Part shown: positions 15,822-24,212 of the stretch, in pieces
Position numbering within the stretch: the first letter of the stretch is position 1
Layout: the number at the start of each line of letters is the position of its first letter
NCBI GenBank assembly: GCA_043799405.1
Contig: JAZDNT010000003.1
Coordinates: 335,461 to 399,460 of the forward strand
Origin: Candidatus Kerfeldbacteria bacterium
Lineage (GTDB): Bacteria > Patescibacteriota > Patescibacteriia > SBBC01
DNA length: 64,000 nucleotides
Direction: 5' to 3'
Translations under genes and position numbers: made by a program
Notes under the pieces: model-generated
Databases searched by the model: none
What the model saw: only the letters and a program-made list of their open reading frames with translations
Told to the model about the DNA's origin: nothing

Positions 15822-15901
15822 CAATTCCCTACTTAATATACTGGTAGGATATAGAAATAATATATTGGCCCTTAGCTTATCTTGTAGACCCGCCTGTTCA
15901 T

Positions 15902-15977
15902 GGGCCGTTAGCTCAGCTGGTAGAGCGCTTCCATGGCATGGAAGAGGTCAGGAGTTCAAATCTCCTACGGTCCACCA
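15902..15977 (+). tRNA. tRNA-Ala(GGC), CCA encoded
   Basis: Acceptor GGGCCGT/ACGGTCC with the G3-U70 Ala identity pair, anticodon arm CTTCC-ATGGCAT-GGAAG, T-loop TTCAAAT. Confidence 0.9.
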
Positions 15978-16039
15978 ATGGCTTTTGCAGGCGGGGCGTT
16001 TCCATGCCTGTCCGCCAAAGCGTAGCGTCGGCGGAGCAC

Positions 16040-16077
16040 GGAAGAGGTGACCGGTTTGAGTCCGGTAGGGTCCACCA
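16040..16077 (+). repeat. Diverged copy of the 3' half of tRNA-Ala (anticodon-stem 3' strand to CCA)
   Basis: GGAAGAGGTGACCGGTTTGAGTCCGGTAGGGTCCACCA compared with the tRNA's GGAAGAGGTCAGGAGTTCAAATCTCCTACGGTCCACCA. The ends are conserved and the T-arm is replaced by a different but still paired stem. Confidence 0.7.
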
Positions 16078-16099
16078 AACATGGTAAAAAGAGGAATCA

Positions 16100-16570
16100 A
16101 TGACAGTGGATGATCTTAAAAGGTTCGTACGCAGTATTGTGGCCGAGGCGCGCCTATTAAACGCAGCACATACTTACGAACATGATGCGCCTGTCAATTA
16201 TGCATGCATTTTCACACAGAATTCAGCTATGTACGAGGAAATCGTAAAAGTTGCCCATCAACTCGGTCAAGTAGCTGAGAATACCTCGATGGGACCTGTT
16301 TTTCATATAGCTCCATTGTCTACTGACGCCGGCACGCTCCGACTTCTTAAAGTCAGGCGCCCAGATCTAAAGCGTTTGGAACGAGGTGATGCGGATTTTA
16401 CGGTATTTGACTATGATTCCTTCAAGAAGAAATGTCTCGGTAAATTTGGCTTCAGCCTTATCAAGCGCGAAAAAATGGAGATGATCGAACTAATCGACCC
16501 TTCGTTCAATGTTCTTGCCTACTACTCGCATCCTACACTCGCTGAAGTTCTCAAGCTGAAGAACGGGTAA
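16100..16570 (+). CDS. Hypothetical protein
   Basis: 156-aa ORF with backbone-like composition. I recognise no motif. Confidence 0.5.
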   Translation: MTVDDLKRFVRSIVAEARLLNAAHTYEHDAPVNYACIFTQNSAMYEEIVKVAHQLGQVAENTSMGPVFHIAPLSTDAGTLRLLKVRRPDLKRLERGDADFTVFDYDSFKKKCLGKFGFSLIKREKMEMIELIDPSFNVLAYYSHPTLAEVLKLKNG

Positions 16571-16695
16571 AACTTCAAGCGTATATTTGCATACGGTGTT
16601 TTCTAGCATCTGTTTTTTTAATAAGGGACAATATCAACGCATGCGCGGCGAATGTTGCATTCAGTACATGGTCATGATACTATATTACTAGTAAT

Positions 16696-16887
16696 ATGTT
16701 ATCAGAGCGCATCAAGAAATTCCGGAAAGAGCGCGAATATACGCAGGAACAGCTCGCAAAAGCTGCTCATATTACGTATGCAACGCTTATTAAGCTTGAA
16801 TCTGGCGTAAATACTAACCCAACCCTAAAAACCCTGAAACGGATATCGCGTGCGCTCAACGTTCCTATTACTAAACTGATCTCGTAA
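16696..16887 (+). CDS. XRE-family helix-turn-helix transcriptional regulator
   Basis: 63 aa. YTQEQLAKAAHITYATLIKLESGVNTNPTLKTLKRISRAL is a typical HTH_3 pattern. Confidence 0.8.
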   Translation: MLSERIKKFRKEREYTQEQLAKAAHITYATLIKLESGVNTNPTLKTLKRISRALNVPITKLIS

Positions 16888-16891
16888 CAAT

Positions 16892-17797
16892 ATGACCTGG
16901 TACTGGTATGCAATTTTCTCTGCAGTCCTGATCTCACTTGTCGGGCTTTTCCAGAAAAAAACACTTCAAAACGAACATTCGCTGCAATACGTCACGATAT
17001 TCAGAACGACGAATTTCCTGTTGTTCCTGCTGATTTTCGCTCCGACGCTCACGATAGGTACAACGAGCACGCAGTTCTTCTTCCTCGGGCTCACCGGTCT
17101 CATCGGCGCGACTGGCCAGCTGTTCGTAGCGCGTTCGCTTCGCGCGCTCGATATTTCGACGGTCATGCCGATCCTGGCGCTCGATCCGGCGCTTGTCGCC
17201 CTGCTCGCATTTGGCGTGCTTGGGGAAAAGTTAGCCGGCTTCAATATCGTTGGGATCGCATTCGTTCTCATCGGCGCATTCGTACTTGAATCTCACCGTA
17301 AGGAGGGCGACGGCCGATGGCGCGACATACTGCACTCTCCGAAACTGCTCGTCCGGCCATTCAGGCGCATGGCACAGGAACGCGGGGGCCGATCGATCAT
17401 CATCGCCCTTTTCGCCTACGCCGTGAGCGGGGTCATCGACCGCTTCCTCTTGAAACAGCTGAACGTTACGACCTACCTCTTCTACGTGTACCTCTTCGGC
17501 ACAACGCTCTTTCTTCTCCTCCTCCTCGCAACGAAACAGAAGGTCCAGCTGTTCCAGCAGGGAAACAGGCTCTTCTTCCCGACGATCATCATTGCGGCGG
17601 TCATGAGCCTCTTCGCGAACATCAGTCAGGCGAAAGCGACGAGCCTCGCCGCCGTTGGGCTCGTCATCGCCGTCAAGCGCGCATCGGTGCTCATCGACAT
17701 CATTCTCGGCGGCCGGCTGTTCCACGAACACCACATTGCGCAGAAGCTCCTAGCATCAGCGATCATCCTGCTCGGGCTGTACCTTATCGTCATATGA
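16892..17797 (+). CDS. EamA/DMT-family transporter
   Basis: 301 aa with about 10 predicted TM helices in two similar halves, which is the EamA-like arrangement. Confidence 0.65.
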   Translation: MTWYWYAIFSAVLISLVGLFQKKTLQNEHSLQYVTIFRTTNFLLFLLIFAPTLTIGTTSTQFFFLGLTGLIGATGQLFVARSLRALDISTVMPILALDPALVALLAFGVLGEKLAGFNIVGIAFVLIGAFVLESHRKEGDGRWRDILHSPKLLVRPFRRMAQERGGRSIIIALFAYAVSGVIDRFLLKQLNVTTYLFYVYLFGTTLFLLLLLATKQKVQLFQQGNRLFFPTIIIAAVMSLFANISQAKATSLAAVGLVIAVKRASVLIDIILGGRLFHEHHIAQKLLASAIILLGLYLIVI

Positions 17798-17844
17798 GCC
17801 GGATTAGATGTCCGTCGTGAGCCGTGATATACTAGGTTTCGGAT

Positions 17845-18303
17845 ATGGAGAACGAGCAGCAAACACCGGTGCCGCAGCAACAGCCGAAAAAAACGAACGT
17901 TGCTCTTATCGTTGTCATCATCGTGTTCGTAATCCTCGGCATCATGGCGCTGAAGAACAACAAGAACGCGAGCAACGCCAATGTCATTGCCAATATCGCA
18001 ACGGGCCCCTACGCAGTCAGCGATTCCGTCCTTATCAATTTCAACTCGAACAAGGATGATACGACAGGGCTTGCAGCGATCGCTGTTGACGAGCAGAGCC
18101 TTTCGGAATTCACTGCAGCCGCGTTCGACGTGAACGGTTCGCTCGATACGCTGTTCGAACAGAACAAGCTCTTCGTCGTACCGAACGGGACAAAGGTCCG
18201 GATCGTCATATCACGATCGGCGGCGTCGAAAGTCCGTGTTCTCGAAGGAAGTTCTGTCGGAAAGGAAGGCTGGGTAAACAACGCATTCCTCTACGAACAG
18301 TAG
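17845..18303 (+). CDS. Membrane-anchored hypothetical protein
   Basis: 152 aa with an N-terminal TM (VALIVVIIVFVILGIMAL). The extracytoplasmic domain is unassigned. Confidence 0.5.
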   Translation: MENEQQTPVPQQQPKKTNVALIVVIIVFVILGIMALKNNKNASNANVIANIATGPYAVSDSVLINFNSNKDDTTGLAAIAVDEQSLSEFTAAAFDVNGSLDTLFEQNKLFVVPNGTKVRIVISRSAASKVRVLEGSSVGKEGWVNNAFLYEQ

Positions 18304-18365
18304 AGAGGGAAAAACCATAGCGCGCACAAACAGTAACGCGTTTGTTCTGTTATACTGACAACACC

Positions 18366-19502
18366 ATGATTTCATTCACGGTAACTAGCAGCTCTAAGCG
18401 CTCACGAGCGCGAGCCGGTATCCTTACAACGCCCCACGGAACAATCGAGACGCCGGCGCTCGTCGGTGTCGCGACACAGGCGACCATCAAAGCGCTTACC
18501 ATGGACCAGGTGCTGGAAACGGGAACGCAGGCCCTGATCTGCAACACCTTCCACCTCCATTTAAAACCCGGCGAGAAAATCGTTAGAGCGCACGGTGGGC
18601 TCCACACCTTCATGCACTGGAACGGTCCCCTCATGACCGATTCAGGCGGATTCCAGGTGTTCAGTCTCGGTTTTGGCCGTGATCTGAACATGGGCAAGAT
18701 ACTAAGAGGGAAACGCACAGAAACGGTGACGGACGGCGTACAGCCTCGGTCTCTCACGATCACAAGGAGCGGCGTCCACTTCCGTTCTCCGATCGATGGG
18801 CGCCCGGTGTTCCTCGGCCCGAAACGATCCATTGCCATTCAGCAGGCGCTCGGCGCAGACATCATGTTCGCGTTCGACGAATGCCCGCCGCCCGTAGCGA
18901 ACATCGCGTACCTACGGCGTTCGCTTGAACGGACGCACCGATGGGCCCTTGCCTCGCTCGAAGCCAGAACGACAAAGCAGGCGCTCTACGGCATCGTACA
19001 GGGCGGTGCGTTCCGAACCCTCCGCAAGCAGAGCGCTTCATACATCACGGCGCTTCCATTCGACGGGTTCGGCATCGGGGGTGAGCTCGGAGGCAATAAG
19101 AAGAGAATGGCGTCGATGCTCGGCTGGATGGGTAGACTGCTTCCGCACGACAAACCGCGCCATCTCCTCGGTACTGGACATCCGGAGGATCTCCTCGGCA
19201 TTGTGCGGTCCGGCGTAGACACCTTTGATTCGATCGCGCCGACGCACTACGCTCGGCACGGTATCGCCTTTACGTCAAAGGGACGGCTTGATCTTACGAA
19301 GAGCGCATTCCTCAGAGACCGTAAGCCGCTCGATCCGTCCTGCGCATGCACTGTCTGCGCGCGCTATACAAGAAGCTACATCGCTCACCTCTTTAGGGCA
19401 AAGGAGATAACCCCATTATCCCTCGTGAGTTTTCATAACCTCTTCTACTACAATGCACTGTTGACGAAGCTCCGTCAGAACATTAAAAAGGGGACGCTAT
19501 GA
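18366..19502 (+). CDS. tgt: tRNA-guanine transglycosylase (queuine tRNA-ribosyltransferase)
   Basis: TPHGTIETPALVGVATQATIKALT, LMTDSGGFQVFSLG, FDECPP, zinc site CACTVCARYTRSYIAHL. Start taken at the ATG 9 nt after TGTTATACT (18348-18356). Confidence 0.9.
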   Translation: MISFTVTSSSKRSRARAGILTTPHGTIETPALVGVATQATIKALTMDQVLETGTQALICNTFHLHLKPGEKIVRAHGGLHTFMHWNGPLMTDSGGFQVFSLGFGRDLNMGKILRGKRTETVTDGVQPRSLTITRSGVHFRSPIDGRPVFLGPKRSIAIQQALGADIMFAFDECPPPVANIAYLRRSLERTHRWALASLEARTTKQALYGIVQGGAFRTLRKQSASYITALPFDGFGIGGELGGNKKRMASMLGWMGRLLPHDKPRHLLGTGHPEDLLGIVRSGVDTFDSIAPTHYARHGIAFTSKGRLDLTKSAFLRDRKPLDPSCACTVCARYTRSYIAHLFRAKEITPLSLVSFHNLFYYNALLTKLRQNIKKGTL

Positions 19503-19679
19503 ACTTCGAAGTATCCTTGCGTCAATGACACAAAAAAACAGCTAAACGCTCCACGTGGAACAATACAAAACCGCGTAAATAAAGGGGGTTTTACGTCCTG
19601 TAGTTATCCACAGGCACTACAAGTAGCACGTGCACGATAGATTTCAATGCTTCTGTTACGGAGATGGTATGCTGATACT

Positions 19680-20396
19680 ATGAAATATAAAACGCTACAT
19701 CGACCTGCCTCATTCTTTGGGAAAAAGCTCTTTGTCATTGTCGCGCATCCGGACGACGAGAGCTACACGGTCGCAGGAACGGTCGACCGCAACCGCCGTG
19801 CTGGCGGCTCGTGTGTCCTCTTCTGCGGAACTGCCGGTGAGAAAGGGGCATCACACCTCGACAAGCCTATATCGGAACGATCGCTCGCCGCGATCCGTAG
19901 GAAAGAGCTTCGTACGGCGTGCAAACTTCTCGGCGTGAACAAGCTTCATCAATGCTCGTTCCCGGACGGTATGCTCCGTCGCCATGAAGCCCGCGTGTTA
20001 AAGAAAGCAGAACGCGTCGCCAGAATACATACGCCTGACATCATTCTTGGATTCGGACCTGACGGAATTTCCGGACACTGCGATCACATCACTGTTCACC
20101 GCATTGCGAAACGGATCGCTAAACGGATGCGCATACCGTTCTACCAATGCTCTCTCCCGCCGAACGCACTACGCACTGCCCACCGCTGGCTCACTAAGCG
20201 CCGTCATTCCCGTGCGTACCGCCCAAACATCAAACGAACAGTGCCCGCGTTCCGTATCCGGATCGATCCAAAAATAAAACTCAGGGCGCTCCGTTGCCAT
20301 CCATCACAGCTCGATAAAGGCAACCCATTTTCGGGGTTCCCTAAAAAGGTTATCGATTCACTCCTAAAGTACGAATACTTCTCATTGGCACAATAA
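19680..20396 (+). CDS. PIG-L/LmbE-family deacetylase
   Basis: VIVAHPDDESYTVAGT and GHCDHITVH motifs. Start taken at the ATG 6 nt after TGGTATGCT (19665-19673). Confidence 0.75.
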   Translation: MKYKTLHRPASFFGKKLFVIVAHPDDESYTVAGTVDRNRRAGGSCVLFCGTAGEKGASHLDKPISERSLAAIRRKELRTACKLLGVNKLHQCSFPDGMLRRHEARVLKKAERVARIHTPDIILGFGPDGISGHCDHITVHRIAKRIAKRMRIPFYQCSLPPNALRTAHRWLTKRRHSRAYRPNIKRTVPAFRIRIDPKIKLRALRCHPSQLDKGNPFSGFPKKVIDSLLKYEYFSLAQ

Positions 20397-20399
20397 CGG

Positions 20400-20879
20400 A
20401 TGGCTCAATCCAAAATAAAGTTACAACACCAATTCGAACTCGTCCTCGTTAATGTCAGGAGCCGCTTCAATGTCGGTGCCATGTTCCGTACTGCTGATGC
20501 CGTCGGCATCACGAAGATCCACCTCTGCGGATACACGCCTTCCCCGCCGCACCCGAAGATCGACAAAGTAAGCCTCGGCGCAGAAAAGACCGTACCGTTC
20601 GAAACACACCGTACTGCCGTGGAGCTCCTGAAAAATCTTCAAAAACAAGGGTACGCCGTCATTGCGGTTGAACAGTCGCGCGGGAGCATACCTTACTACC
20701 GTTATTCAAGACCGAAAAAACCGATCGCGATCGTCATGGGCAGCGAAGTGAAAGGTCTCTCGTGTTCCGTACTGGAATACTGCGACGTCTCCGTCGAAAT
20801 ACCAATGCACGGAAAAAAGGAATCTCTGAACGTCGCCATTGCGTTCGGAATAGTTGCCTATCGGCTCGCGTTCCCGTAG
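20400..20879 (+). CDS. SpoU/TrmH-family RNA 2'-O-methyltransferase
   Basis: NVGAMFRTADAVGI, IVMGSEVKGLS, ESLNVAIAFGIVAY are the three SPOUT motifs. Confidence 0.8.
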   Translation: MAQSKIKLQHQFELVLVNVRSRFNVGAMFRTADAVGITKIHLCGYTPSPPHPKIDKVSLGAEKTVPFETHRTAVELLKNLQKQGYAVIAVEQSRGSIPYYRYSRPKKPIAIVMGSEVKGLSCSVLEYCDVSVEIPMHGKKESLNVAIAFGIVAYRLAFP

Positions 20880-20901
20880 TATTGCAGTGCCTTCACAACA
20901 C

Positions 20902-20988
20902 GCCGCGGTGGTGGAATGGTATACACGGAGGACTTAAAATCCTCTGGTCCAAAAGACCATGTCGGTTCGACTCCGACCCGCGGCACCA
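20902..20988 (+). tRNA. tRNA-Leu(TAA), type II, CCA encoded
   Basis: Acceptor GCCGCGG/CCGCGGC, anticodon arm GAGGA-CTTAAAA-TCCTC, long variable arm, T-arm GTCGG-TTCGACT-CCGAC. Confidence 0.9.
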
Positions 20989-21056
20989 CGTATACAGGAC
21001 TTTCCGGCGGAGCCGGATCCTGCCCACCATAGAAATTTGAAATCAAGGTGGCGGGA

Positions 21057-21131
21057 AAAATCCTCTGGTCCAAAAGACCATGTCGGTTCGACGGAGTTTA
21101 TCCCGCTGAAGAGCGGGAACCCGCGGCACCA
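21057..21131 (+). repeat. Copy of the 3' 53 nt of tRNA-Leu(TAA), interrupted by a 27-nt hairpin-bearing insertion in the T-arm
   Basis: 21057-21092 is identical to 20936-20971 (36 nt) and 21120-21131 is identical to 20977-20988 (CCCGCGGCACCA). TCCGA is replaced by GGAGTTTATCCCGCTGAAGAGCGGGAA. Confidence 0.8.
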
Positions 21132-21287
21132 ACCTACGCTAAAGCTTCGGTTGGCAAGCCAGTCGTCCAACGATAAACCAGTACCATGACCTTCATCTGA
21201 CGAAGCCTTGGCGAAGTCAGACCACCTCCGGCACCAAGTAGGGTTGACGCTCACATCGTGCACTAAGGTGTGGACGACAGACGAAAG

Positions 21288-21310
21288 AGCCGCCGACGAG
21301 GCGGCTTTTT
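21288..21310 (+). terminator. Rho-independent terminator (AGCCGCC-gacga-GGCGGCT-TTTT)
   Basis: 7-bp GC stem followed by a T-tract. It closes the tRNA-Leu/fragment region on the plus strand. Confidence 0.55.
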
Positions 21311-21450
21311 CGTTCTCAGCCGGGAGAGTGGAGACGAAACGATAATCAACGAGAGGAGGCTTTACCAAGAAAGGAGGGTGGTTGCACCATTAGCAGGAGT
21401 TCGAATCTTAATCCCCATATTTCTTAACGGAGCGCGGTCCCTGTACCGTT

Positions 21451-22044
21451 TTATTCAATTTGCTTTTTGGATCTCGTGCGTCTCCGGATAATCATCGTGA
21501 CAACCGCACAGATGGAAACGACGCCGATTACTCCTGCCGCAGGCAGCAGAATGTCTTTTTGACCGTTTCCGGTCCATGGCGTAATCGCGCCGCGTGTACC
21601 AATCAACGTATCCGATGCTAGAGTAAGGCCGAGCTGCGTGCAGCAGTCCTTTTGATGATTAATGGCATAGACGCACTCCCCGACCGGCGTAATGATACGA
21701 AATGATGCGCAGGTCGCATCACTAACGCAGTCCTCCATCGAAGAAAAACATTGTCCGTATTTCTGCGGTGATGCGCATTTATACATCGGGGCCCCGATTT
21801 TTAGACACGGGTCATCGTCTGCGGCGATAACGCACGTACCCGGTATACGTTGGTCTTCAGCATAGTAATCCTTCCATCCAACAGGCAGTGTATAACTTGT
21901 ATTCTCGTCCCCGGCCCAATACGCGCCACATTCCCTCGTCGTTTCGTTGATCGCGATGCCGTTGCGCTTGGGTGAGGCTACAGTAGGCATTGCCAATGAT
22001 GCGATCGTAATAAACGCGGCAAGAAATACAATACGTTTCAACAT
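21451..22044 (-). CDS. Secreted Cys-rich protein with a C-terminal TM anchor (hypothetical)
   Basis: Signal peptide MLKRIVFLAAFITIASLAMP, about 14 Cys in the ectodomain, C-terminal TM plus RRRTRSKK stop-transfer. Confidence 0.55.
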   Translation of the reverse strand: MLKRIVFLAAFITIASLAMPTVASPKRNGIAINETTRECGAYWAGDENTSYTLPVGWKDYYAEDQRIPGTCVIAADDDPCLKIGAPMYKCASPQKYGQCFSSMEDCVSDATCASFRIITPVGECVYAINHQKDCCTQLGLTLASDTLIGTRGAITPWTGNGQKDILLPAAGVIGVVSICAVVTMIIRRRTRSKKQIE

Positions 22045-22281
22045 GTAGTTACTATACTCCCTCAGGCGATACCAACAAGGCATCTCCTTCGTTTCCACCC
22101 ACTAGCCAGTCCGTCGCTTTCGTGGCACAGTATCCAACGTATCGAAGGAATAGGTGGGAATCTAAAAGTTCCGCCTAAGAATCCAGGTTCGAATCTGTTC
22201 ATATAAGCCGTACCAATTCGGAAATAAGCGAAAAAGCCCGGCCACTGTCTTCTCAATATGAGAGGATCGTCTGTATTAAAA

Positions 22282-22527
22282 TTACCGCGCCCTATCAGCG
22301 ACCGCGTGGACGATCACGGTCACGAACACGAGCGTGATCGGCGCAACAACGAAGCAGAGCAGAAGGCTCGTTGTCGCAGCGAGAAGCCCGAGCGTTAGAA
22401 TGAACATCGCGAACGCCCCGACCGCGAGGCTGAACAGCCAGTTCTTGCCCTGTGCATGGTGCGGAGAAGGAAGCTCGGGAGGTTCGGGCGTCGTCGATAG
22501 TTCATGCTTTGTATCGAGTACTTCCAT
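22282..22527 (-). CDS. Small two-TM membrane protein (hypothetical)
   Basis: 81 aa with two hydrophobic helices. Confidence 0.45.
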   Translation of the reverse strand: MEVLDTKHELSTTPEPPELPSPHHAQGKNWLFSLAVGAFAMFILTLGLLAATTSLLLCFVVAPITLVFVTVIVHAVADRAR

Positions 22528-22533
22528 AGGATT

Positions 22534-23133
22534 CTATTCTATCATACTTCCACGTTTTCTGATGACCGTTTCTCTGCTCGCCATTAACGCATGGTATTTC
22601 ATGCTGTCGCGGATCGCGTCGCGGTGCTTGTACGCGATGTGCCGCGGCAGGCGATCCGGACGAAAGTATCGGGATCCCGAATGCTCTTTCGAGAGCACAG
22701 CCGACGCAGAAACGCGCCCTTCGTAGATGATGTCGATATGAATCCCCCGGGGATCGTTATCGATCTGATATGCTCCGATGATCCTTGTTATCTTGGGTCT
22801 TTGGCCGATCTCCTCTTTTGTTTCCCTGATTACAGCCTGTTCTGGAGTTTCGTTATAACGAATGAACCCGCCGGGCAACACCCAGTAACCTTTCAGTGGT
22901 TGATGAGCACGCTTTAGCATAAGTATATTGCCTCTGCGATCTTTAATGAGCAGGCTCACAACGGGTTTGGGATTCATCCAATAGTGAAAGGTGCACTTCG
23001 GACATACTTGTACCAACTCATCCTCTTCTTTGCGGAAGATCAGCGCCGTCGTACACTTCGGGCAGTATCTGTATGGGTCGAAAGATTTGTGTATCTTTTG
23101 CTTCGGCATACCGTTATATTTATAATATATCAC
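22534..23133 (-). CDS. NUDIX hydrolase with an N-terminal zinc ribbon
   Basis: Nudix box GGFIRYNETPEQAVIRETKEEIG. CPKC...CPKC precedes it. Confidence 0.8.
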   Translation of the reverse strand: MIYYKYNGMPKQKIHKSFDPYRYCPKCTTALIFRKEEDELVQVCPKCTFHYWMNPKPVVSLLIKDRRGNILMLKRAHQPLKGYWVLPGGFIRYNETPEQAVIRETKEEIGQRPKITRIIGAYQIDNDPRGIHIDIIYEGRVSASAVLSKEHSGSRYFRPDRLPRHIAYKHRDAIRDSMKYHALMASRETVIRKRGSMIE

Positions 23134-24212
23134 ACAACCATGTCCTTGAGATTTTTCGGGATCTTTTTCGTCAAAACGTCAATGCCGTTCTCAGTGACGA
23201 GCGCCATATCCTCGATACGGACGCCTCCCCACCCTTTTCGATAGACACCCGGCTCGATCGTCACAACGTTGCCGGGAAGCAGAAGGTCGACGCTCCGTGG
23301 TCCGAGCGTCGGTGGTTCATGGATCTTCCTGCCAACGCCATGTCCGGAGCCATGAATGAACAGGTGCCCAAGATTCCGTCGCTTAAGCTCAGAGCGGACG
23401 AGGCCGTCAATGGATCGACAGGAAACAAACGGAACAAGTGCGTGTAAACCTCTTTTGTTCGCCGATAGAACCGCGCCGTATATCCTGCGTTGCATTGTGT
23501 TTGGTTTCCCTAAAAAGAATGTTCGAGAAAGGTCTGTACAGAACCCATCAACGACAATGCCAAAATCAACGATGACGGTGTCGCCGTACCGTAACTTCCG
23601 GCTCGTCGGTACGTGGTGCATATGCGCTCCGTTCGGCCCGCTTGCGATGATCGTCGGAAATGAAGTCGGAAACGATCTGAAGATCGAGGAGAGATTCTTC
23701 ACGATCTCGACCTCGCTCCGTCCGACTCGAAGCATTGAACGAACATCCTTGAATCGCTGCGCTACCACTTCGACACCGCGACGAATGGAGCGGATCTTTA
23801 CTTCTTCCTCTTGCTCAACGATCCGAAGTTTTAACAGAGCAATACGTTCGTCTTCGGCAATACGTTTTTTTAGAAGCGCGATGCTTTTATAGCGCCGAAG
23901 CGGCCGTATCCTTTCGATAAGCTCGGCTGTGAGCGTTTTTCCGTATAGATTACCGGAGAATCTTGGAATGTACACCTCAACCTTGCCGCTCGGTCTCCTG
24001 CGGCCCGGAACGCCGATGATCGCAAGCGCACGGTGCAATCGGCTCCCGATCCAGGTACGAGCCGCAAACACGCCCTTCTTCTGCGGATTCTCCCTAAAGT
24101 AGCGCTGGTCGAGGTTCGCCGTCGGGTATCCGAGTTTTCTGCCGACCCCCTCTCCGTGAATGACAGTACCGCGTATGACCGTTTGGGTCTTCATGTCCCC
24201 TTTGGCGGCCAC
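23130..24212 (-). CDS. Fusion protein: riboflavin kinase domain plus M24-family (Xaa-Pro/Met aminopeptidase-like) peptidase domain
   Basis: The N-terminus GTVIHGEGVGRKLGYPTANL...VEVYIPRFSGNLYGK is RibF C-domain-like. The C-terminus has VIVDFGIVVDGFCTDLSRTF, HGSGHGVGRKIHEPP, VVTIEPGVY and GVRIEDMALV, the M24 metal ligands. Confidence 0.7.
   Translation of the reverse strand: MAAKGDMKTQTVIRGTVIHGEGVGRKLGYPTANLDQRYFRENPQKKGVFAARTWIGSRLHRALAIIGVPGRRRPSGKVEVYIPRFSGNLYGKTLTAELIERIRPLRRYKSIALLKKRIAEDERIALLKLRIVEQEEEVKIRSIRRGVEVVAQRFKDVRSMLRVGRSEVEIVKNLSSIFRSFPTSFPTIIASGPNGAHMHHVPTSRKLRYGDTVIVDFGIVVDGFCTDLSRTFFLGKPNTMQRRIYGAVLSANKRGLHALVPFVSCRSIDGLVRSELKRRNLGHLFIHGSGHGVGRKIHEPPTLGPRSVDLLLPGNVVTIEPGVYRKGWGGVRIEDMALVTENGIDVLTKKIPKNLKDMVV

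Noticed and set aside
19604-19612. Perfect DnaA box TTATCCACA (another copy at 36330-36338), a possible oriC
   Set aside because: Both are single isolated boxes. One lies inside the PaaK-like ORF. There is no cluster, no AT-rich unwinding element and no dnaA/dnaN nearby.
21132-21290. The region after the tRNA-Leu fragments considered as tmRNA (tRNA-like ends, terminator at 21288)
   Set aside because: There is no tag reading frame ending in a hydrophobic ALAA-like tail, no G-U-bearing tRNA-Ala-like acceptor pairing and no T-arm at the 3' end.
22130-22215. tRNA-like stretch with GGTTCGAATCT T-loop motif and a CTAAAAG loop
   Set aside because: I cannot form an acceptor stem or a T-stem (CCAGG against CTGTT). 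At best it is another decayed tRNA scrap, too weak to report as a feature.
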